Source: Candidatus Actinomarina sp.
GTDB taxonomy: Bacteria > Actinomycetota > Acidimicrobiia > Actinomarinales > Actinomarinaceae
NCBI GenBank assembly: GCA_038142145.1
Contig: JAYQJM010000005.1
Location: 451,816 to 515,815, forward strand
Direction: 5' to 3'
DNA length: 64,000 bases
Part shown: piece after piece, positions 48,057 through 56,864 of the stretch
How the letters are laid out: each line of letters opens with the position of its first letter
Position numbering within the stretch: position 1 is the stretch's first letter
The notes under the pieces: generated by a model
Told to the model about the DNA's origin: nothing
The model's input: only the letters and a program-made list of their open reading frames with translations
Databases searched by the model: none
Program-made: the position numbers and the translations under genes

Positions 48057-48478
48057 TCTTCTTCTGAATGTACACGATTTAATCGGTCTTCGGGAGCGAT
48101 ATTAAAGTTTTTTGGATACTGTTCTCTGCTAATAAGGTCAGCATCCTCAGGTTGATAAAGAATGAAGTCTTTCATAAACACATCTTTTGCAACTCTTAGG
48201 TATGCAACTGCCTCAGCTACTGTAGCCTCACCTTTTTTAAATTTACTTCTTGCAAAATTTGATGCCTCAATTGCTCCTGCATAAATATGAGGTGCTAAAG
48301 AATTATAAAAAATATTTCTAATAGCATTTACTACAACCTGGCACTCAGGAGTTTGTAACCTTCTCCATACTGTGCTTCTGTTGATACCAAGCTTTTCTGC
48401 AATAACTGGATTAGAGTCACCCATAACGTGATACTCAGCTACTTTCCAATCTATATTATCTGGATTAAGTTCTTCCAT
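48053..48478 (-). CDS. helix-turn-helix protein (terminase-small-subunit-like N-terminal HTH)
   Basis: 141 aa. VAEYHVMGDSNPVIAEKLGINRSTVWRRLQTPECQ is an HTH of the kind seen in phage TerS and small regulators. Its stop overlaps the LLM start (ATGA). Confidence 0.55.
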   Translation of the reverse strand: MEELNPDNIDWKVAEYHVMGDSNPVIAEKLGINRSTVWRRLQTPECQVVVNAIRNIFYNSLAPHIYAGAIEASNFARSKFKKGEATVAEAVAYLRVAKDVFMKDFILYQPEDADLISREQYPKNFNIAPEDRLNRVHSEEE

Positions 48479-48544
48479 ATAATAATTTTAGCAACTCAAA
48501 ACGTCACTATAAACGCAATGATTATGGGGTTTTTTGCTGTAAAT

Positions 48545-50014
48545 TTATTTATCTACTTCAATAACAATTGCAGGAGGATTAGCAGTTCGATATGATCTAA
48601 AAGTTGCTCCTGGTTCTATCTTTAACAAGAAATCAGACTCACCTTCAAAACAACCATAAAATTTAGCTACTAAATTTGAACCTTCAGCTGTAATAAGGCC
48701 AGGGTTTGTCCATGTAGATTCCATTAATTCCCAGTCCCAAGAACAAAAAGCACCTCTTATATTTAAATACTCTATAAAATCATCAGGAACTTTACAACCA
48801 CCCTCATCAGTTACACAAGGATTCCCACCTTTTCTAACTGAATACCATCCAGGTGGTGAATCATTTTCTGTTGTTCTTTCTAGTAAAATCACAAAAGAAT
48901 CGAAAGTATCACCAGTAATAATTCCGGCATCTCGTAATAATGTTGGATTGTAATCACTTGTTCCACCTTCACCTTCAATTTTATCATTTGAGGACTCTGG
49001 TTCAGGTAAAGTAAGCTGGCAAATCAGATCAGGAATCGGAGTTGAATAACCACTTGGCCAAGGATGGCCTGTGTACTTGTAGGAATACCATACTCCATCC
49101 GAAGAGATTTTAAGTCTGAAACCATAAGTTCCATCATCTCCCTGATATGTGCCATCAATTAAACTTTTTGTAATTCCATTATCAAACATAGACATTTTAA
49201 CAACTTGATTTTCTCGTAATTGTTGAGGATTCATACTTTCCATTGGCCATATATAACCAGGTGATTCGCCAAACCATTCATCAGTATCATTACCACAAGC
49301 AATTTTAGGTTTACCCCAATTCTCCTCTGCTGGAGTCATATATAAGAGTGCACCTAATGTATATGTATATTTGCCTCGTTGATGATCATCATCATAATTA
49401 TTTTCAAATGATGCAATATATTCTGAAAATTTTGGCACTTCTGGATAAGCATCACCTGAATTTATAAAATCTAAATACTCTGTTGAAATACTCTCTAAAT
49501 ACTCATAATCACAAGTCCAGACCCCACGCATAATCTGACTTATAGTTATCACTGCTTCTTCTGTTAAGTAATCATAATTATCTTCTGCCCAATCAAAATA
49601 GGTATCATAATATTCAATTGTTGATTCAAATACTCCAAATGCTTTTTTATGTTCATCTGTTTTAGAAATTCTGTTAAAGCTACAATCAAAATCAACCAAT
49701 GTACCAATTAAAGTACTATTTTCATCAAAATCATCAAATCCATAAGCTCCAGTTTGATCTTCTCTATTAAAAACATCCCATGCCCATTCAAAGTTTTCTG
49801 GTTTCTCTGATGACAACACTATTGCCCACGTACCATCGTCGTACTCTCCCCAGTAGTAACCAACTGGGATATCTAATACTGGTGCATTTGTTGTAGTTGT
49901 TGTATATTCTGCGGATACGGTTGTGTCAATTGGTTCAACGTATTCAGGTAATTCTTTAGATGAACTGCTACAACTTACAAAAAATAACAATATAAAAATT
50001 ATTGATTTGTACAT
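48545..50014 (-). CDS. orphan acidic Cys-rich lipoprotein
   Basis: 489 aa. Signal plus lipobox FFVSCSSS, a TTTTT linker and about 8 further Cys. No family recognised. Confidence 0.6.
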   Translation of the reverse strand: MYKSIIFILLFFVSCSSSSKELPEYVEPIDTTVSAEYTTTTTNAPVLDIPVGYYWGEYDDGTWAIVLSSEKPENFEWAWDVFNREDQTGAYGFDDFDENSTLIGTLVDFDCSFNRISKTDEHKKAFGVFESTIEYYDTYFDWAEDNYDYLTEEAVITISQIMRGVWTCDYEYLESISTEYLDFINSGDAYPEVPKFSEYIASFENNYDDDHQRGKYTYTLGALLYMTPAEENWGKPKIACGNDTDEWFGESPGYIWPMESMNPQQLRENQVVKMSMFDNGITKSLIDGTYQGDDGTYGFRLKISSDGVWYSYKYTGHPWPSGYSTPIPDLICQLTLPEPESSNDKIEGEGGTSDYNPTLLRDAGIITGDTFDSFVILLERTTENDSPPGWYSVRKGGNPCVTDEGGCKVPDDFIEYLNIRGAFCSWDWELMESTWTNPGLITAEGSNLVAKFYGCFEGESDFLLKIEPGATFRSYRTANPPAIVIEVDK

Positions 50015-50092
50015 TAAATTAATTTTAAAAAAGAATATGGCTTTTGCAGGTCTTTTGTTTTTTTTGCAGGATAGATTTCTGAAAAACCCTTG

Positions 50093-50139
50093 TGGGCGCT
50101 ACAGGATTTGAACCTGTGACTTCTTCCTTGTAAGGGAAG
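50093..50139 (-). other. tRNA-Val(UAC) 3' fragment (anticodon arm to discriminator), att-site-like relic
   Basis: The minus strand reads CTTCC-CTTACAA-GGAAG AAGTC ACAGG-TTCAAAT-CCTGT AGCGCCC-A. Upstream there is no GGGCGCT acceptor strand and no convincing D-arm, so this is not a complete tRNA. Confidence 0.75.
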
Positions 50140-50183
50140 ACCTCATCATAAAGAGTTATAATAAACTAAAAGAAAGGAAATAA

Positions 50184-50588
50184 ATGATAAATGTAGTAAG
50201 AATTAGAAGATTCTTTGCTATCTTTTTGCTCTTTTCTACTATTCAAGGTGTGATCTCTGATTACGAAAAAGGTCTTCCATTGAGCGAGATTATACCTGGT
50301 GCTGTTCTAATGGTAATAATTGTATTTTTCCTAGTTAAACCTCCAAAAAAGAAAAAAAAACAATTAGAAGTTGAAGATTTAAACTACGAAGAAATTGATG
50401 AAGCCATCATAATTGAAGAAACTTTTGACAATATGGAAACTTCAGAAGTTGAAGAAAATGATGAATATTTACCATCAGAAGATCTTAAAAGTAAATACGA
50501 ACAAAAAAGAGAGATAAGAAGTAATCCAATTAACGATAAGCAAAGTTTGTTATCAAGAATCTTTCAAGGTAAAACCGATAGATATTAA
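50184..50588 (+). CDS. hypothetical membrane-anchored acidic protein
   Basis: 134 aa. Two N-terminal hydrophobic segments, a KKKKK stop-transfer and an E/D-rich tail. Confidence 0.45.
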   Translation: MINVVRIRRFFAIFLLFSTIQGVISDYEKGLPLSEIIPGAVLMVIIVFFLVKPPKKKKKQLEVEDLNYEEIDEAIIIEETFDNMETSEVEENDEYLPSEDLKSKYEQKREIRSNPINDKQSLLSRIFQGKTDRY

Positions 50589-50621
50589 TTACTTAATTTA
50601 ATAACTAATTATTCTCATCTT

Positions 50622-51992
50622 ATGGATTTTTTTGATATCGCAATACTGCTCTTCACGTTTGAGTTAATATTTTATAAATTTATTCCTCAAAGAGTGTTTC
50701 TATTTTCTATTTACTTAGGGGTTTTAACTGCAATTGCACAAATAATAGTTGTTGGGTATAAATGGCAATATATGCCGATATACTTTATTATCTTCGCATA
50801 TTCAGTTAGGTTTACATATTCTTCAACTGTTTTTAATAAATTTATTTCAAGAATCTCTTCTTTAGTAATGTTTTTTACCTTTTTAACTGCTTTAGTTCTC
50901 AATTATGTGTTTCCAGTTCCAACATTTGAAATAGAGAACTTCAAATACACAGTTGGATATGAAGAAATTTACATTAAATTAGACAAAGAAAATCCAAAGG
51001 CATTTCTTGAAATAAGCAATTTAGAACCCGGTTCAAATAGAGAATTAATGGTTGATATATATTACCCAAGCAATGAGGAATCTGATTATGTTCAATTAGT
51101 AAAAGAAAAAGGTAAAGTTGGTGGAACAATTGTTCAGTATTTAAATAGAACTTGGGGTCTAAATATTCCTGAAGTATTGTTAGAACACCTGTCTTTAATC
51201 AGTTTTCAAGTTTCTGAAAATATAGAACCAATAGATGAAAAACTTCCCGTTGTAGTTTACTCACATGGATGGGCTGGAACAAAGTTTTTTGCTGCAGAAC
51301 AATTAATGAATCTTGCTTCTCAAGGATATATCGTTATAGCAGTTGATCATACGGGATTAGCAATGTTTACTAATTTACCTGATAAAACTATTTACAATAC
51401 TGGCTCTAGTGATGTGTCCTCAAATATATTCAATGTTATGAATGGTATGGCAATAGATATTGAAGACACATTAAGTTATTTACAAGAAACTTCATTGTCT
51501 GAGAATTTAAATACTTTATTTAAGAACTATGCAGACTTTAATAACATTTCATTAATTGGACACTCTACTGGAGGTGGGTCAATATATTTATACTGCACTA
51601 ATAATCCATGTCAAACAATGATTTTACAAGATCCATTTTTTACACCATTGACAACTGAGCTTGGTATTTTAAACATGCCTTCTGATACATACTGGATTTA
51701 CTCACAAGACTGGTATAGAGGATTTGAACCAGGAGTGGAAACCCCAGAGTTTGATGTTTATAAGGACCAATTTAATAGAAATGGATATAAAGCAGAAAGT
51801 TACTATTTAAAAGAATCGAGACATTATGACTTTATTGCTTTTGGTTCTATAAGCCCCTTATCAGGTTATACATTTTTAAAAGGACCAATCCCCTATAAAA
51901 ATGCTTTAGAGTCAAATAATAGTTTCAATTTAGCAGCCTTAACGAATAACAATATTGTTGAAACTGAATACCTTATTCAAATTTCTGAGTGA
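50622..51992 (+). CDS. membrane-anchored alpha/beta hydrolase, PAF-acetylhydrolase-like lipase
   Basis: 456 aa. About 4 N-terminal TM helices. PVVVYSHGWAGTKFFAAEQLMNLASQGYIVIAVDHTG and nucleophile elbow GHSTGG. Confidence 0.7.
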   Translation: MDFFDIAILLFTFELIFYKFIPQRVFLFSIYLGVLTAIAQIIVVGYKWQYMPIYFIIFAYSVRFTYSSTVFNKFISRISSLVMFFTFLTALVLNYVFPVPTFEIENFKYTVGYEEIYIKLDKENPKAFLEISNLEPGSNRELMVDIYYPSNEESDYVQLVKEKGKVGGTIVQYLNRTWGLNIPEVLLEHLSLISFQVSENIEPIDEKLPVVVYSHGWAGTKFFAAEQLMNLASQGYIVIAVDHTGLAMFTNLPDKTIYNTGSSDVSSNIFNVMNGMAIDIEDTLSYLQETSLSENLNTLFKNYADFNNISLIGHSTGGGSIYLYCTNNPCQTMILQDPFFTPLTTELGILNMPSDTYWIYSQDWYRGFEPGVETPEFDVYKDQFNRNGYKAESYYLKESRHYDFIAFGSISPLSGYTFLKGPIPYKNALESNNSFNLAALTNNNIVETEYLIQISE

Positions 51993-52034
51993 ATACAATA
52001 CACTAATATTTATAATTAGTAAGGATTTTTTATT

Positions 52035-52700
52035 ATGACTCTTATAGATGGTACATATTTAGCAATAGAAAAGCCTCTTCTCTATATACATATTTTTGCA
52101 GGTTTTGTATCACTAAGTATCGCCTATATTTTGTTATTTATAAAAAAAGGCAATAAAAGACATAAACAATTAGGAATGATTTATGTTTACGGAATGTCAA
52201 CAATTTTTATCACTGCTATTCCAATGAGCTTGCTTGGAGGTTTAAATATATTTTTATTTGTTGTGGCTATCTTTTCATTTTACTTAGCTTTTGCTGGATA
52301 TAGACAAGGTAGGAATAGACAAGGTGCTAGAGAAACTATTGATAAACTTTTTGCCGCATTTATTCTTCTTGCAGCTTTTGGGTTATATGCATTGGCTGTT
52401 CAATCTTATTTAAATGATGATTCAATGTGGATAACATCAGTTGTGTTTGGAACAATCTCTCTTGGTTTTGGCATTAGAGATATTTTAAGATTTAGAAAGA
52501 ATGATAAACCAAATTTTTATGATAGAACAAACTTGCATTTGATATTGATGTTAAGCGCAACAATTGCTACGACAACAGCCTTTTGGGTAACTATTGATTT
52601 ATTCCCTCAAGAATGGCTTAACTGGGTTTCCCCAAATTTTGTGTTGGTTCCAGTTATTATTTACTTTTCTAGGAAAGAATTAGCGAAAAAAGAATCATAA
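52035..52700 (+). CDS. hypothetical polytopic membrane protein
   Basis: 221 aa, about 6 TM. No motif recognised. Confidence 0.55.
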   Translation: MTLIDGTYLAIEKPLLYIHIFAGFVSLSIAYILLFIKKGNKRHKQLGMIYVYGMSTIFITAIPMSLLGGLNIFLFVVAIFSFYLAFAGYRQGRNRQGARETIDKLFAAFILLAAFGLYALAVQSYLNDDSMWITSVVFGTISLGFGIRDILRFRKNDKPNFYDRTNLHLILMLSATIATTTAFWVTIDLFPQEWLNWVSPNFVLVPVIIYFSRKELAKKES

Positions 52701-52702
52701 AT

Positions 52703-53392
52703 CTAATTTAAAATGTTTTGAATTATAGCTTCACAATGAAGGTCTACTGTGTCGAAAACAGGTAATGATGAATTATCGCTATTAAGTAAAAGTCCAACTT
52801 CTGTACATCCTAATATGACAGAATCAGCTCCAAGTAATTTAACATTTTCTACAATTTGAATAAAAAGTCTTCTACTTTCATCTTTCAAAACATTAAAACA
52901 TAGTTCATCATAAATAATTGAATGCAAGACTTCTCTATCCTCACTAGAGGGAACGATTGGATCAAGTGAATACTCTTTTAATTTAGATATATAAAAATCT
53001 TCCTCCATGGTGAATTTTGTAGCAAGTAACGCAGGCTTTGAGTATCCAGAATCTTTTATCTTCTTAGCTGTAGGGTTTGCAATATGAATAAAGTTTGTTT
53101 CAACACCATTTAACATAGCTTCTTCTAACTTATGCATCGTATTTGTACAAAGCGCTAACACTTCAGCTCCTGACGAACTAAGCAAGTGTGCCTCTTCATT
53201 CAAAATTTGACCTAATTGGTCCCAATCATTTTCATGCTGTAGTTTTTCTATTTCACCAAAATTAACTGAACTTAATAGTATTTTTGGTGTTGTTAAATCT
53301 CCAAAATGATCTGAGGTTAATTTATTTAACTTTTCGTAGTAAGTAATGGTCGAAGAATATGACATTCCACCAATAAGACCAACTGTTTTCAT
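52703..53392 (-). CDS. aspartate/glutamate racemase family protein
   Basis: 229 aa. VGLIGGMSYSSTITYY and the second catalytic-Cys region VILGCTEVGLL. Confidence 0.85.
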   Translation of the reverse strand: MKTVGLIGGMSYSSTITYYEKLNKLTSDHFGDLTTPKILLSSVNFGEIEKLQHENDWDQLGQILNEEAHLLSSSGAEVLALCTNTMHKLEEAMLNGVETNFIHIANPTAKKIKDSGYSKPALLATKFTMEEDFYISKLKEYSLDPIVPSSEDREVLHSIIYDELCFNVLKDESRRLFIQIVENVKLLGADSVILGCTEVGLLLNSDNSSLPVFDTVDLHCEAIIQNILN

Positions 53393-53421
53393 ATATTAAA
53401 TCTACAATATAAAATAACTTT

Positions 53422-53661
53422 ATGAATGATTTAGGTGTAAATGAAAACACTATAACTGGGCAGATATATATTTCTATTTTTGAAATCCTAGAAGAACATT
53501 TAGACAGTGGAATAAACTGGACTGAACTAAATAAAACATTAGAAAACAAACATCCAAATTTTCATCCTAAGACGATTAATGGTTGTGTATGGAAATTAAT
53601 TCAAAAATACCCTGATAAAGTACATAAGCCAGAGAAAGGATTGTTCAAATTAATACAATAA
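53422..53661 (+). CDS. small winged-helix-like protein
   Basis: 79 aa. The pattern ...IFEILEEHLDSGINWTELNKTL...KPEKGLFKL resembles HARE-HTH/Mrr_N-type winged helices. This is pattern-level only. Confidence 0.4.
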   Translation: MNDLGVNENTITGQIYISIFEILEEHLDSGINWTELNKTLENKHPNFHPKTINGCVWKLIQKYPDKVHKPEKGLFKLIQ

Positions 53662-53705
53662 ATAAAGATTTAATTGAAAACTTACAAGGTACTGAATTTC
53701 AGATT

Positions 53706-53951
53706 ATGGTCTGGAAAGAAATTGCAAAAATACCGTTTGGGCAAACAATAACCTACAAAGAGCTAGCTGAAAACATAGGTAGACCTAAAAGCTCTAGAGC
53801 AGTAGCTAATGCATGTGGGAAGAATCCAATACCTCCAACAATTCCATGTCATAGAGTTATAAGAACAGATGGAAAATTAGGTGGATACAGTGGTGAAGGT
53901 GGAATCGAGCAAAAAAGAAATCTTTTAAAAAAAGAAGGTGTAATTATTTAA
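53706..53951 (+). CDS. ogt: methylated-DNA--protein-cysteine methyltransferase, C-terminal (active-site) domain only
   Basis: 81 aa. IPFGQTITYKELA and active site IPCHRVI. The conserved GT.FQ..VW element (GTEFQIMVW) straddles the annotated ATG. Confidence 0.8.
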   Translation: MVWKEIAKIPFGQTITYKELAENIGRPKSSRAVANACGKNPIPPTIPCHRVIRTDGKLGGYSGEGGIEQKRNLLKKEGVII

Positions 53952-55742
53952 TTACGTTTTTACGTTTAAATCTGATTTTCTCAATCTTATTGTTTCAGGA
54001 GTAACTTCAACAAACTCATCATCACTAATAAACTCTAATGACTGATCAAGAGACATTAACTGAGGAGGTCTTAACGGAACTGTATCATCAGAACCCGACG
54101 CCCTGTGATTAGTTAGTTTTTTCTCTTTAGTTATATTTACAACAAGATCTCCTTCATTATTTCTTTCGCCAATAATCATACCTTTATATACCATTGTTCC
54201 TGGTGTAACAAACAGGATTCCCCTATCAGCCATTGCGAGACTTGCATAAGTTGTAACTTTTCCATCTCTATCTGCAACAAGAACACCAGTTGAACGCTGA
54301 GGAATATCACCAAACCATGGTTTATATGAATCAAATAATGTATTCATTATTCCAGCACCTCTAGTTTCAGTAAGGAACTGATTTCTAAATCCTATTAAAC
54401 CTCTAGATGGTATTTCAAACTCTAATGTAGCCCTACCAAAACCATTATTCATCAAGCTAGTCATTTTACCTTTTCTTGATGATAGATTTTTTGTAACATT
54501 CCCAACGTACTCTTCAGGAATATCTATAAAGACATTTTCGACAGGTTCATGAGTTTTTCCATCAATTTCAGACGTAATAACTTCTGGTCTTGAAACCATA
54601 AATTCAAAACCCTCTCTCCTCATTGTTTCGATAAGGACTGCCATTTGAAGTTCTCCTCTGCCTTTAACTTCAAAAACATCTGTTTTGTCTGTTCTTGAAA
54701 CTTGAAGTGAGACATTATTAAGAATTTCTTTCTCTAAACGCTCTATCAAGTTTCTTGAGGTAACAAACTTCCCTTCTCTGCCAGCAAAAGGTGAATTATT
54801 TACATGAAAAAAGATAGAGACAGTTGGTTGATCAATGCTTATCCGGGGTAAAGCTACAGGTTCTATGTTGTCTGATAAAGTATCTCCAATATTAATATCA
54901 TCAATTCCAGCAACAGCGATGATATCACCTGACTCTAATCTCTCTACAGATTCTTTTTCTAAACCTTTAAATGTATACAGTGCAGAAAGTTTTAAATTGT
55001 TTTTGATACCTTCTTCAGTACAGAGACTATATCTTTCATTAATTTGTAAAGTACCTTGATCAAGCCTTCCTACAGCAACTTGACCAACGTAATCGTCATA
55101 AAATAAATTTGTTATAAGAAATTGTGTTACACCTTCATCTGATGTTTCAGGACCATCAAAATAATTAATTATTAAATTAAATAAAGGTGTTAAGTCAGTT
55201 GGTGTATCTTCTAAATTATCAACTGCAACTCCATCTTTTGCATTTGTATATATAATTGGAAATTCTATTTGTTCATCATTTGCATCTAGGTCTATGAATA
55301 AATCATACGTTTCCTGAACTACCTCGTTTACTCTTGCATCAGGTTTATCTATTTTGTTTATGACCAATACAACTGGTAAATTTTTTTCTAAAGCTTTTTT
55401 CAATACAAATCTAGTTTGTGGCAGTGGACCTTCACTAGAATCGACAAGTAACAGAACTCCATCTACAAGATTTAAGCTTCTTTCAACTTCCCCACCAAAG
55501 TCAGCATGTCCTGGAGTATCTACAATATTAATTTTTATATCTTTATAGTGGATAGCAGTATTTTTAGAAGTAATAGTAATACCACGTTCTTTTTCTAAAT
55601 CTCCAGAGTCCATAACACGATCTTCAACAACAGTGTGACTGCTAAATGTACCGCTCTGCTTTAAAAGACCGTCAACTAATGTCGTTTTACCATGATCAAC
55701 GTGTGCAATGATTGCAATGTTTCGTATATTCTCTTTTGGCAT
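53952..55742 (-). CDS. typA: translational GTPase TypA/BipA
   Basis: 596 aa. AIIAHVDHGKTTLVD, DTPGHADF and NKID G-motifs. Confidence 0.97.
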   Translation of the reverse strand: MPKENIRNIAIIAHVDHGKTTLVDGLLKQSGTFSSHTVVEDRVMDSGDLEKERGITITSKNTAIHYKDIKINIVDTPGHADFGGEVERSLNLVDGVLLLVDSSEGPLPQTRFVLKKALEKNLPVVLVINKIDKPDARVNEVVQETYDLFIDLDANDEQIEFPIIYTNAKDGVAVDNLEDTPTDLTPLFNLIINYFDGPETSDEGVTQFLITNLFYDDYVGQVAVGRLDQGTLQINERYSLCTEEGIKNNLKLSALYTFKGLEKESVERLESGDIIAVAGIDDINIGDTLSDNIEPVALPRISIDQPTVSIFFHVNNSPFAGREGKFVTSRNLIERLEKEILNNVSLQVSRTDKTDVFEVKGRGELQMAVLIETMRREGFEFMVSRPEVITSEIDGKTHEPVENVFIDIPEEYVGNVTKNLSSRKGKMTSLMNNGFGRATLEFEIPSRGLIGFRNQFLTETRGAGIMNTLFDSYKPWFGDIPQRSTGVLVADRDGKVTTYASLAMADRGILFVTPGTMVYKGMIIGERNNEGDLVVNITKEKKLTNHRASGSDDTVPLRPPQLMSLDQSLEFISDDEFVEVTPETIRLRKSDLNVKT

Positions 55743-55820
55743 AAGAGAGAATTATATATTGTATTTATAGATGTAGGATTAAAAAATATTTTTTATAAAT
55801 TTAAATTTTAACTAATATTT

Positions 55821-55934
55821 TTACTTTCTTTTACCAGTTCTATTAGTACGAAAATCGAGGCGACCTTTTCTTTTACTCATGTGAATTTTTTTGCGCTTTT
55901 CACGTCTAGCTTCCCTAATTTCTTTTTCAGCCAT
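55821..55934 (-). CDS. possible 37-aa highly basic peptide (bS22-like composition)
   Basis: Not in the track (<60 aa). My translation is MAEKEIREARREKRKKIHMSKRKGRLDFRTNRTGKRK, with 17 of 37 residues K/R. The KRKK.(H)MSKRK core recalls mycobacterial ribosomal protein bS22 (..KKRRKRMSKKKHRKLL..). I see no obvious SD. Confidence 0.3.
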   Translation of the reverse strand: MAEKEIREARREKRKKIHMSKRKGRLDFRTNRTGKRK

Positions 55935-55956
55935 ATAACTATGTTAATGTTATTAC

Positions 55957-56859
55957 ATGAATAACAACTACTCACAAAGTATTCCGAAAATTGGTCTTGG
56001 AACTTACAACATGACTCCTGAAGAAGCAGAAATTATGACGTTCGAGTCAATTAAACATGGCTATAGGCATATTGATACAGCTGCAGTTTATAGAAACGAA
56101 GAGGGTGTTGCTAAAGGTTTAAACAAGATCTTTAAGGAAACGCAATTACAACGTGAAGATATATTTATAACAACTAAATTATGGCCTGGTGGTTTAATGA
56201 AAGTCGATTTAGTTAAAAGCTACGATGGAGCAAGAAAGTCATTCGAAAAAAGTATGTTACGTTTAGGTTTAGAGTATTTAGATTTATATTTAATCCACTC
56301 CCCTCATGCAAAAGAAAAAAGACTCGAGCAATGGAGAGCGCTTGTTGACTTAAAAGAATCTGGAAGAGTTAAACATATTGGAGTGTCTAACTGGGGAGAA
56401 ACACATATAAATGAATTGTTAGAGAATGATTTACCTTTACCTGATGCAAATCAAATAGAATTACATCCCTGGTCTCAAAAACCTGATTTAGTTAAATATC
56501 TAAGATCACATGATATTGAAATTATTGCTTACAGTAGTTTGGTACCACTATCTACATGGAGACACAAAAAGGGTGAAAATAGTAAAAAAACTGAAGAGAT
56601 GCAATCAATAGGAAATCAGGAAAGCTCACCTTTCAAAGTACTTGCTGAAAAATATAACGTTACAGAAGCGCAATTTTTACTGCAATGGGCTATTCAAAAC
56701 AACTATGCTGTTTTACCAAAAAGCATTCAGATTGATAGGATGCAAGAGAATTTTGATTTTGACTTCGTGATTGGAGAGGATGATATTAAATATATTAAAA
56801 CTCTCGATAAAGGTGACAGTGTTACCTGGGAATACGGAGATCCCCTAGCTGTTCAATAA
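55957..56859 (+). CDS. aldo/keto reductase
   Basis: 300 aa. IDTAAVYRNEE, TTKLW and LIHSP (the D-Y-K-H tetrad context). Confidence 0.9.
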   Translation: MNNNYSQSIPKIGLGTYNMTPEEAEIMTFESIKHGYRHIDTAAVYRNEEGVAKGLNKIFKETQLQREDIFITTKLWPGGLMKVDLVKSYDGARKSFEKSMLRLGLEYLDLYLIHSPHAKEKRLEQWRALVDLKESGRVKHIGVSNWGETHINELLENDLPLPDANQIELHPWSQKPDLVKYLRSHDIEIIAYSSLVPLSTWRHKKGENSKKTEEMQSIGNQESSPFKVLAEKYNVTEAQFLLQWAIQNNYAVLPKSIQIDRMQENFDFDFVIGEDDIKYIKTLDKGDSVTWEYGDPLAVQ

Positions 56860-56864
56860 AATTC

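Noticed and set aside
50093-50170. Calling a complete tRNA-Val(UAC) gene here.
   Set aside because: The about 26 nt upstream of the anticodon stem (TTATTATAACTCTTTATGATGAGGT) cannot form the 5' acceptor strand (GGGCGCT is needed). It offers at best a 3-bp D-stem. Only the 3' 47 nt are tRNA-like.
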